From contig NW_013546334.1 in the NCBI RefSeq assembly GCF_000760515.2, positions 1 to 35,096 of the forward strand: 35,096 nt of DNA. The letters run 5' to 3'. The notes under the pieces are model-generated. The model was not told the origin of the DNA, did no database searches, and saw nothing but the letters and a program-made list of their open reading frames with translations. How positions within the stretch are numbered: the first letter of the stretch is position 1; every line of letters starts with the position of its first letter. The stretch comes from Mitosporidium daphniae (Eukaryota). Below, in pieces: positions 22,043 through 32,334 of the stretch. The position numbers were made by a program, and so were the translations under genes.

Positions 22043-22120
22043 GTGCAATTGAAATTAACCCCAGCCTGTGCAATTAAATTAAAGTGCAATTCGTTTATGT
22101 TTTAAATTAAAATTAGGGTT
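22043..22120 (-). promoter_or_regulatory. Putative snoRNA/ncRNA promoter: AACCCTAA plus three AATTGCAC copies
   Basis: On the + strand: TTAGGGTT at 22113-22120 and GTGCAATT at 22043, 22068 and 22084, directly upstream of the minus-strand snoRNA. Confidence 0.4.
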
Positions 22121-23306
22121 AAACCTGTGGATCCTCAAAGGAGCAGCATGAAGAGTCTGCTAAAATGATTAAAAAAGCTTTTTTGATACCTGCATTTTCA
22201 TCATCTTCTTCTTCGTCGTCATATTCGTCATTGCCAGTATGTCGACCACCATTGACACCATCAGAATCACTATTTTCTAGCATTTGATTATCATTAGATC
22301 CAGCATTCAATTCGGTCCTCCTGAGGTCGCGGAGGTAGATATCTTTTCCAGAACAGAAGCCCTCCTGCACCTGAAATAGAGTGAGAGCCAGGCGAGGGCC
22401 CGTCTCCACAAGATGCAGCTTTCTTGTAGCCTTTTTCTTTTTTGAAAGCTTCAATTCGGCAGAAACGCCCTGGTCGGTGGGATCCTTTTTTGCGGCTGCA
22501 ATATTCCTTGAAATTAGAGTGATGGCTTACTCAAGAACAAAATCGGCCAAATCTTTGCCGGCTTCAATGATTTCTGAAATGTTTTTTTCTGCTTTTGACA
22601 GGATTTCTCGTATCGATGATTCTGGATCCCTCACCATGATTTTATATTGGCGGATCTGGATTTGATCCTGCTTTGGATGATAACTAAACAAAAGCACGCG
22701 CTTCGCTTGCGATAATTGCGCCTAACCCTGTCAAAAATGGAGCGACTTACATGTGAAGAGAAATTTGATGGGGGGAACAAATTTTTGAGGAAGGTTTCAC
22801 AGAGCACCAAATGGCTTTCGGGGTTCTCTCTTTCAAAGCCATCGAAAATAACAAGCGGGGAGAGCGAAACTGCATTTCCAAGAGACACCGGATGTGGCAT
22901 GCTGTTGAAAACATCCTTCATCAAAGAATACGAGTCGATGTTAAAATAAAGGGTCGGCCCTTGTGAAAAGCGTGCCATTCTAAGCACCGAGTTGAAAAGG
23001 GTCTGCGAAAAAAAGAGGCAATTTGTAACGTTCAGTTGGCTACACACGGCCATATAGTCCTTGATTTTGGTTGTTTTTTTCTCGACCAGATTGATGGCGG
23101 TTCGGGGACTCATCATTGTGCGAAAGTTGAGCACCAACTCTGCGAGCAGCGGGCTTTGAACAGAGCCAAGTTTTACAACAAACGAGGAAGGGCCTTCGCT
23201 GTTGTTTTTTGTGTGCTCTTGCGACTGTACAGCTGAAGCCTGACGCTGTCTCTTGTTTTTTTTCCTCTAAAAATAAAAATCAAAAAGACACAACATTTCG
23301 GGCCAT
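22119..23306 (-). CDS. SSF1: Brix-domain ribosome biogenesis protein Ssf1/Peter Pan
   Basis: 'PSSFVVKLG', 'LVLNFRTMMSPRTAINLVEKK..KIKDY', 'GPTLYF', 'NLFP', 'LHLVETGPRLALTL..EGFCSG'. Introns 23294-23267, 22750-22722, 22530-22507 and probably 22189-22160. Confidence 0.9.
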
Positions 23307-23359
23307 AGGTACAGTACAAAGGAATTAAAAATAAAAATAAAATAAAATTATTTATTTAA

Positions 23360-25229
23360 TCATTCGTCGGCATCGATGGGGCCGGCGGCCTTTGGCTTTG
23401 GACCCCCCGCGGGCTTGCTCATCACAATGGAGTCTATACGCAGAATTGAAAGCGCAGCATCGACCGCAAGATGCAATGCAGATGCCTTTGTTGCATAAAG
23501 ATCCATGATCTGGGCATCAAGCACATCTAGGGTGCCATTTTGCTGTCCAAGCGATTCCACATCTACACCGATGGATCGCTGACCTGCCTCATGGGCAGCG
23601 GAAAGCTGCGCGAGAATCTGCAAATGGTCAAGCCCGCTATTTTCGCAAAGGATTTTGGGGATCGCCTCCAGGGCCTGGCCAAACTTTTTGATGCCATATT
23701 GAGTGAGACCTGGAATGGCTACTGCCATGTTTTGCAAATATATGGAGAGAGCCATCTCGGTTGCCCCTGCACCAGGTAGCAACCGGCCATCCTTGGTAAG
23801 CGATTTTACAACATTTACACCATCATCAATGGCTCGTTCCACGTCATCCAAGAAATTCAGTGTGGACCCTCTTAGAACTATCGAAGCGATCCTGGAGGTG
23901 GAATCTAAAAGCTTAGTAAAAGAGGATTCCATACCGCTCTTGAAAATTGTGCATAAATCGGAGCCAATTTCAATCGTTTCAACCAGGTCGCAATATCCCA
24001 TCTCCTCGGCCATAGGGGCACCCTATTGATTACAAACGATCTCTATACAAGTCTGGCAAGGGCGGTAGCCCCAGTGGCGCGACATAGTCTTTGAAGGTCA
24101 AACTTTGAGGCAATTCTGAAGGCAATAAGTCCATATTGATTGATAAAGTGAAGTGTGATGTCGCCAATTGTTCCGCCAGTAACGATCACTTTTACTCCGC
24201 TGTCCGAAATTTCTTTGACTTGGGCCTCGACAAGCTTTTCTTCTCCAGAGCTGAAGGAGATCAGCTCGGAGGCATTGCGAAGAAGAACAGTGCCTTTTGT
24301 CTCTGTCCTCCCAATGTCAAGCGGACACGAAAATATGGCTACTTTGGCATTTGTGGCTCGTTTAAGGCGACCTAGTGATAAATAAAATTTCCCACAAATT
24401 GATACTTTCTGGCTCTCTGTTGAAAACCATGCCATGGACCAGTGTAGAATCTGCAATGGAGCCTCCCATCACTTTAACAACCCTAATCGAGTCTACATTG
24501 AAGCTTTTCGGATTCTTCGACGGCATAATGGTAACGCATGCGTCAGCAATGAGTCCGGAGAGCAAATCCTCATATCCATACTAGGATGATAAGATTTAAG
24601 GCCACCCACCTGCTTGCTAGAAACGGAAGATTTAATTGCAAAAATTAAATCCTGCTTTGTGAAGGTCGAAATAGTTTGAATGACAAGTTCTGCAATGTAA
24701 AGTTTTTGTGTGAGATGATTACCTTTCATGTGCAAAGAAGCCAATTCAAATGCCCTCTCATATCCATCGATAATGTCGCTTGGATGAATTCCAATTGAAA
24801 TCAGCTCTTCGGCCTTTTTTAGCAATTCACCAGCAAAGACAAGAACAAAATTGGTTTGGTCGCCATTCTAGTCGTCAGGATGAACCCTACCTCTTGTTCT
24901 TGCTGTTGCGACGCCATGACCAACAGCTTGGCTGCTGGATGCACAACATCAAGCTCTCTGATAATTGTCGCTGCATCATTGGTAACGAAAAGCTTTTCCA
25001 GCTGATTGACGATAAGTTTGTTCATTCCTGCACGATGAAGCGGATGAACATACCGTGCGGCCCAAACGAGGTCCTAGTAATTCTGCACAAATCTTGGCAC
25101 GCCGAAATGTTACGCAAAATGGCATCCTCAACATGCTATAGGAATGTGGTTGAGCGCACAACGACATACCTTATATCCTTCCTTGAGGAGTGTCGTGAAT
25201 GAATTGGACTTTCCAACTTGCAACGCCAT
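23360..25229 (-). CDS. CCT8: Chaperonin CCT/TRiC theta subunit
   Basis: 'RNISAC..RTSFGPHGMNK', 'VTNDAATIIRELDVVHPAAKLLVMASQQQE', 'FNVDSIRVVKVMGG', 'TETKGTVL', 'DDVERAIDDGVN', 'MSKPAGGPKP'. Eight introns of 23-34 nt. Confidence 0.97.
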
Positions 25230-25291
25230 TTAAAAATATCGTGAATTTACGCTTTATGCAAATACTGGCATTTTAAATTTTAGTTTACAAT

Positions 25292-26684
25292 TTAATTATA
25301 GACGGTTTTCAGGTAAAAGTCAATATCTTCAATGGCATTTTCCAATGCCAATGCCTCATCACAATCCTCGCCACCATTTAAGATGACATCCCGCAGCGAA
25401 CTTTCCAGCAATAGACGCTGCTCGATAAGCACGTCCTTTTTCAGTGGATCCAGCAGCAGCTTCTCGTCTTCTTGGTTGATAATTAATTTGACCCCTTGTT
25501 TGAGGGCCGAATTTTTTGTTTCCTCCTGTTCTTTTCTTTTATTGTCCTGATAGCTTTCTTCTTTGATTTTTGCATCTTTTACTTGATCTGGATAGGGGAG
25601 GGTGGAAATACTCTTGCAATACATTTGCTGTTCTTGTTGGATATTTCGAATAATAATCAGTAGTTGAAGGTGTAACGACCCTATCTCTGTGCTGCCCATT
25701 TTCTCCATCATCTGCTGGATCTGCTCAATACCATCCATCATCTCTTTTCGGATCAGAATGCAATTGGTCATCTCTTCTTGGCCACTTGTGGCACTATTCA
25801 TGATGTTTGACGCTATTTTTTACCTGATGTTTTGCAAGTGAGCAATGTAATTTTTCTTGATATCTTCAATATCTTGCCTAATCTTCCTGCTGCTCTCGTA
25901 TAGAGATATCAATGGGAGAAGTAGATCCCGATCAAAAAGATATTGAACGATAAACATGTTGCAAGTGCTGCATGTTCGAATTGGATAAGAGATCGGCTTT
26001 TTTTTCAAAAATAACGAACAATTGTTGCAAATGGACTTGCCGCACACTTTACAGTGGTATCTTTTTAAAAAGTCGACAAGCGAATAAAAAGGCCTCAAGC
26101 AGCCCTTACATGATGCATCTTTTTCTTCGATATTTCGCGGCTCAAGAAGCAACATGTTTGCCTTTTTCAAATCTCTCACATCCATTTCCTTCAAATTCGC
26201 CTCTGAAAAGCAATGCAAAATCTAATTTTAAACATGGAACGCCCACATCTTCGTAGCTTTGAATTATCTCCTCAATTGGGTCAGATAAGGCAATGTGTGT
26301 CTCGTCTTGAAAATGGCGTTGTGATTTGTATTTTTCCCTGAGCCGGGAAAAGTCTTCCATCTTTGAAACCATAACTCCGGGCATAAAAAACGTGCTAACC
26401 GAACCTTATTTCAGTTTTCAAAGCTTACCTTTGTTGAAATTGAAAACACGATTTACACACATCTTTAAACGTACCAATGAAAGGGTCGTATTGCTCAGAG
26501 AGATCAAGACGAAGTTCCCATTCGCCCCAGTGCTTGCCGCAGAAAATATGTGCACATCTATTGATTAAAACGGGCCAAAAATGGCTTACTTTGGACAACT
26601 GTACTTGCCCGAGATGAAGGAAAAAGCTACCGTGCATGTGGGGAAGTTGCATAAAAATGGAGAATATAAAAATTTGCCACTCAT
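25292..26684 (-). CDS. PEP7: Vac1/Pep7/rabenosyn-5-like double-FYVE Rab effector
   Basis: Four short introns join 'CNFPTC..KYSCPKCAHIFCGKH..LRLDLSEQYDP..VCKSC', a second FYVE 'CKGC..RYHCKVCGKSICNNCS..IRTCSTC', a coiled coil and a C-terminal Rab-binding-like helix pair 'LIEQRLLLE..DEALALENAIEDI'. Confidence 0.75.
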
Positions 26685-27039
26685 CGTTCAGAGGATCGGT
26701 TGATGGTTTTCAGCAGAATCAATAAATTGCAAAAATTGGTCGCCAGGGCCACTAAACATAAAGATTCCAAAATTGTAAAAACGATCAAATGTAATGCCAT
26801 TTTAACGCCTCCCTCCCCCCTTTTATAAATAAAGCCAATTGTTGCCTCTGAATGCAGCAGGTGTAACATAGATTTACACTATTTTGGAAAGCAGGCACAG
26901 ACATTTCATGTATATATGAATAGCTACCAGCTAAAGTTTGCACCTAACCCTAAATATCACATGCGCAGGTAAATTGTGAATCGTGACTGTCCACTTTAAA
27001 AGGAACTCACACTTTTATCAAATTGCACATATTTTTTAA

Positions 27040-28710
27040 ATGACAAAAAGATCAGTTCTCACGAATAGCAGTCACGATGCTCACAAAAGTGAGCATGCAA
27101 TTTCTTCCCAATGCCCATCTCCACTTTCACTGATTAAAGATTCGAAATCGTCTAAACTAAAAGTTGTGTGCGGTAGCTAACTTTCTGTTATTTCTAGTTA
27201 TGGTTGGGCTTCCCGCCAGGGGAAAGACATTTATGGCAAGAAAGTTATGCCGCTATCTTTCATGGCTCGGCTATTCGGCAGCAACATTCAATGTTGGTAA
27301 CTATAGAAGGGGGCAAGCCGGCCCGAGCGTACACCATTCCTTTTTCGATCCGGAGAATGAGGAAGGGGTAGTTTCGCGAAAAAAAGCGGCAGAAGCGGCC
27401 CTCAATTCACTTGCTGCCTGGTTGAACGAAGAAGACTCGATCGGCCAATGTATGCAGAGCCTTTCCTAATGATAGCGTTTTATTCGAACGAAAATGACCT
27501 ATCCTTTGTGCTGGCCGAGTCTATTGGCAAAGTGGCCATTTACGATGCCACCAATTCTACTCGCGATAGGCGACTTTGGATTGTAGATCAAGTTTTGAAG
27601 CTTAAAGCTGCCTCTTCTTCTTCACAAATCCTTTTCATAGAAAGTGTTTGCAATGACCTTGGCATTGTTAACTCCAACATCATACAAGTCAAGCTCTCTT
27701 CGCCAGACTATAAGGACTCGGCAGATCCTGAACAGGCGAAAATCGACTTTATTAGGCGAATAAAGCACTATGAAAATGCCTATGAGCCGCTCTCGGAGGA
27801 AGAATGGTCTTGCACTGGTAAGTTGTCCTTACCCAACCCAAGGAATCGATCCGCTACCTCCAATGATCAAGATCATTGATGTGGGTAAAGAAATTAAGCT
27901 CTCCAATTGCAAGTGGTATTGGCAGACAAGGGTCGCCTCTTACTTGATGAATCTCCACATAACGCCGAGGTGTATTTATATTTTTCGTGTACCTTTGATC
28001 AAATTTCATTCATCCTAGCATGGAGAATCCGAATTCAATCTACAGGGCCGAATCGGGGGCGATTCATCGCTCTCTGAAAACGGGATTCTATTTGCAAAAG
28101 CGCTTCCAGAATGGTTGCGAAACCACTTTGGCGTCAAAAACAACCTTACGGTACTTGCGGTCCTTTATATTTCCCAACCTTTTGGCATCATTTTCGTGAT
28201 AAAAATTCTTGTTTTATTTATTCGATTTTGATGAAATAGGTTTGGACGTCCACTCTCAAGCGATGCATAGAGACCGCAGTGAACCTTAACTATCCAAAGC
28301 TTGCATGGAAAGCGTTGGACGAGCTCAATACAGGCATCTGTGATGGGATGCGCTATGAAGAAATAGAAACCATGTTCAGCAATGAATATTCCGCCAGAAA
28401 TAAGAACAAGTTCTATTATCGATACCCGAACGGGGAATCCTATGCAGATCTTGTATTAAGGCTTGAACCAATCATAATTGAGCTTGAGAGGCAGAAGGAT
28501 ATTTTGGTGATCGGACATCAAGCCGTACTTCGAGCAATTGTTGCGTATTTTACGGGCGTCACACAAGAGCAATTGCCCTATGTAGTGATCCCATTGCATA
28601 CGGTCTTAGAGCTGCGACCGATGACATACAACTGTGAGGTCATCGAGCATCATATTGGAATCCCCGCTGTAGATACGCACATAGACCGCATCAAACTACC
28701 TCTGAGGTAA
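27040..28710 (+). CDS. FBP26: 6-phosphofructo-2-kinase / fructose-2,6-bisphosphatase
   Basis: 'MVGLPARGKT', 'FNVGNYRR', 'YDATNST', 'FIESVC', 'RHGES' (formed across a splice; catalytic His intact), 'WTSTLKR', 'YRYPNGESY'. Five introns, including an 89-nt one at 28151-28239. Confidence 0.93.
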
Positions 28711-28789
28711 ATCCGTTGAAAGCTTTTTAAATTGAAGCATTTTACGATTAAATTTGAATTGAAAACTTGATGCTTTCCCAATGGCTTTT

Positions 28790-28849
28790 AAAATTACAAT
28801 CCCAAAAATTACAATCCCAAAAGTTGGAGTCCTAAAAGTTGGAATTTAA
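28790..28849. repeat. Degenerate 15-bp tandem array upstream of EFL1
   Basis: AAAATTACAATCCCA x2, then AAAGTTGGAGTCCTA and AAAGTTGGAATTTAA in the same register. Confidence 0.75.
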
Positions 28850-28867
28850 TTTCTTTTACCCTTAATA

Positions 28868-31800
28868 ATGCACCCAGACATTGTCAAGTTCAAGTCCATC
28901 CACATTCGAAATGTCGTCATATTGGCCCACGTGGACCATGGTATAATGACACGGTTTTACTTTTTTAGGAAAAACGACGCTTACAGATAGTCTTCTCGCG
29001 CATCAGGGTCTTATTTCCCAATTCCAAGCCGGCCAGCTTCGCTACCTTGATTCGCTCCCGGAGGAACAAAGAAGGGGAATTACAATGAAATCAGCATGTG
29101 TGGCTTTAAAATATGCCCCAATAGCGGCCAGACTTTACCCGGTCGACAAGTTAACATATTTGAGAAGCTCTCTTGGGTCTGATCATCTCGCGTTGGATGC
29201 ACTCTCCATTTCCGGCCCTGATTTAGGTTCTTCCAAAAGCCCTGGGAGCTATAATAATCTGAATAGGGACTCAAATGTCCCTGTCTCTTTGGTGTCCTCA
29301 TCAAAGCATGATTCCGAGCACATACTTGTGCATCTGATAGATACGCCTGGCCATGTTGATTTTTACGGTCAAGTATATTGCTCAGCACAGCTTGCAGATG
29401 GGACTATCATCGCCGTAGATGTGTCCGAAGGAATTTGCGCCCAAACAATGGCGGCTTTTCATCTGGCATGGGACCTGCGATTGGTGCCTGTCTTGTTTTT
29501 GAACAAAATTGACCGACTTATTGTGGAGCTGCATCTTTCGCCTATGGAAATATTTAATCGTTTGCTACAGCTTCTAGAATCTGTCAATGCAACATGTAGC
29601 ATTTTTCGCCATCAAACCCCATCATGCCCCCTTGATGTAGAAGAGGGCGATCCTTTCTATTTTGAGCCAAGAAAAGGAAATGTCCTTTTTGGATCGGCGT
29701 TGGACGGTTGGGCGTTTCGTTTGAATCTGTTTGCAAACTTGTTTTCTAAGAAAATTCCAACGCTTCCCAAACGCGAGCTAAATCAGAAGCTTTGGTCGGC
29801 GTCTTTTTTCTTGTCGAAAAGGCGCGAAATTCTTCCTGTTGAAAAGGGCGAAACTCCCCTTTTTGTTTCTCTTATTATGGAAAACATTTGCTCCGTTTAT
29901 AAGGCCCTCCTTTTTGACGATGGTACAGAACAAATTCAAAAGATCTGTCAATCATTTTCGCTATCATTTACCCCGGCGTCCGTCAAGGATAGAAAAATGC
30001 TACTCCGAACAATATTCACGAGCTGGATTCCATTGGCTCCCTGTGTTTTTGATGCGATTGCTGACTCCATTCCTTCAGCTCATTCTCGAAGGGTGGGAAT
30101 TTTTGGTGATCATTGCGAAAAGGGAGCTGGAACGACACTAGCATTCCTGGCAAAACCGATCATATACCCTGAACTGACTGAAGAACTCTTGAGGAGCAGT
30201 ATCTGTGAATGGACACGTCCCACCATTCAAAACGGCTTAGAAAATGAGCACGAGTCTTCACTGACTGCCCATTCTTCTTGCCCTTTAGAAAAACTGGTGA
30301 TGATGGGGCGACTATATTCTGGAGCCCTTTCTACCGCCTCTATTGGTGACATTTACTTTTCGTCATCAAATGCTATTGGGTTTGACGGGACCAAGTTTGA
30401 CCGCCACACATTCAAGCTGGAGAAAGGCCGCTTCCGTCTCTACCAACTTATGGGGTCGAAGCTCATTGAGGTTGATTGTGTTCCCGAGGGAAACATCTTT
30501 GGTATCTCTGGAGTGTTAAGCGCAACAAAGGGCATCTTTGTCAAAAGTGGTACGCTTACATCTTTGCCCGTTGATGAAAAAATTCCGATCCATAGTTATT
30601 CCTGTCCTAGCAAAATGCCACTTTATCACAACGATGCTTCAAATTCTCTGCATGGCACACCTGATGATCATCAAACATCTTCGGCAATGATGGGTGTACC
30701 ATTGATCAGTGTTTCTGTAGAGCCTACAACATCCCTACGTGATCTTACACAGCTGCAGTTTGCACTGCTGCTACTTTATCAAACCGATCCATCGATCAAT
30801 GTCTCATTTACGGACATGGGTGAGTTGATCCTCAAAACTTGTGGAATGCTGCATTTAGAGCAATCTCTTAAAGAGCTCAAGTCGCTAGTAAGCTTTCCGA
30901 TTTCAGTATCTGATCCCATCGTTCCGCTAGGTGAAACCATTGGCGATGCACAGACAACAAAACAGGTTCACCACATGCAAGAAAACTTTTCTGTTCTCGC
31001 ATGTCTAAATCCCTCGTTTTTCAGGGACTTTTCCGATGTCTCTGCAAAACCGGATGCTTTGATTGAGACAACATGTGGCACGTACACACAAAATCGAATT
31101 TTTGATCCAAATTCTGGTGCTGAACCGGATCGTTGTAAATTGGTTGGTTGTGAGATGAACGACGCCATTTGCTCGTGTGTGCCCCTGAAAATGGAGGCAA
31201 GCATTGGCGATCAATTTTGCACATTGACGCTCAATGTCACTGTTGTCAAAAACAACACCTGCACACCAACACTTACGATTGACCCCAGTTGCGCAACGTA
31301 TGAAGAGATTATTAAAAGGGCCTTTTCAATTGCCATCTCAAATGGCCCTTTATGCGGAGAGCGAGTTTATGGTGTTGGATTTTCCATTCTCCACCTTTGT
31401 CTCGATGGTCAGCATCTTTCCGATTTCGATAAAACATTGCTGTTTTCGCCGATACGCAAGATGCTTCATCTTGCCATTCTTCTTGCAGACCCAAAGCTGA
31501 TGCAGGGATATAATGAAATTTCTATCCTGGTTCCAGGTTCGTCCCATTTCGATGTCCATGCCCTACTTTCTCCATTAAGATATTTGTCTTCTATATTGGG
31601 CACAATGTTTCACCATATTTTGTGTTTCCATATTTTGTTTCCCCATATTTTCGCTCCCTTTTGGTGCTAATTTTTATTTGTTGTAGGAGAATGGCTGGGT
31701 AAAGTATATGCGCTGATCAGCAAATCGGAGGGCGATATCATTGTGGGATCCGAATTTATCGCTGAGCGCAATTCATTTCACATACTCACGCACGTTCCGG

Positions 31801-32099
31801 TGCGGTTTTCAGCCGCTTTTGTTGATGGTACTGGAAGACCTATACCCAACCCTAACCCTATAGAATTGAGGTCAAAAACAGCCGGTGCCGCCTTTGTCAA
31901 CATTTCGTATTTTGGGCTCAAAGCCATGAAGGGTTCTTTGCTTGTCTGCACAGATTTGATCGAAAATGACACTGCTGTCATGGACCATTCCTCCATACAA
32001 CGAGAACTTGCCCAAAAAACCCGAATTAGAAAAGGACTGTTTGTTTCAACAAAGCTCACGCTTGATGGTGAAAAACAGCGAACGCTTAGGAGATGCTAA
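28868..32099 (+). CDS. RIA1: Elongation factor-like GTPase 1 (60S maturation)
   Basis: 'IRNVVILAHVDHGKTTL', 'RYLDS..EEQRRGITMKS', 'LIDTPGHVDF', 'NKIDRL', 'LGKVYALI', and the EFL1-specific end 'RIRKGLFV..GEKQRTL'. Introns 28941-28968, 31537-31686 and 31828-31863. Confidence 0.93.
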
Positions 32100-32334
32100 C
32101 GCGATTGACATTGCATTCAAACGATTTGCAATGGTCCTTATATAAAAACGGCGTTTATATCGGCATTTATGCACCTCAGGCTCTTCGTATGGTGCCCTGA
32201 ATGATGACCACACATGCCTTGAGCGTTACCTTCATCGATGTACGCCCTTAATTTCTTTAAATGCTCCGCAGCAAGCTCAATTTGGCCGCCATGCCATATG
32301 GTAATCTATTAAAGCAGTTTGATGTTCTTTCTAG

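Noticed and set aside
26681..26869. 62-aa hydrophobic minus-strand ORF upstream of PEP7
   Set aside because: No motif or homology cue; it is short enough to be chance, although a uORF or microprotein cannot be excluded.
31845..31863. CCCAACCCTAACCCTA telomere-like tract
   Set aside because: It lies inside a 36-nt intron where CTAAC is the likely branch point.
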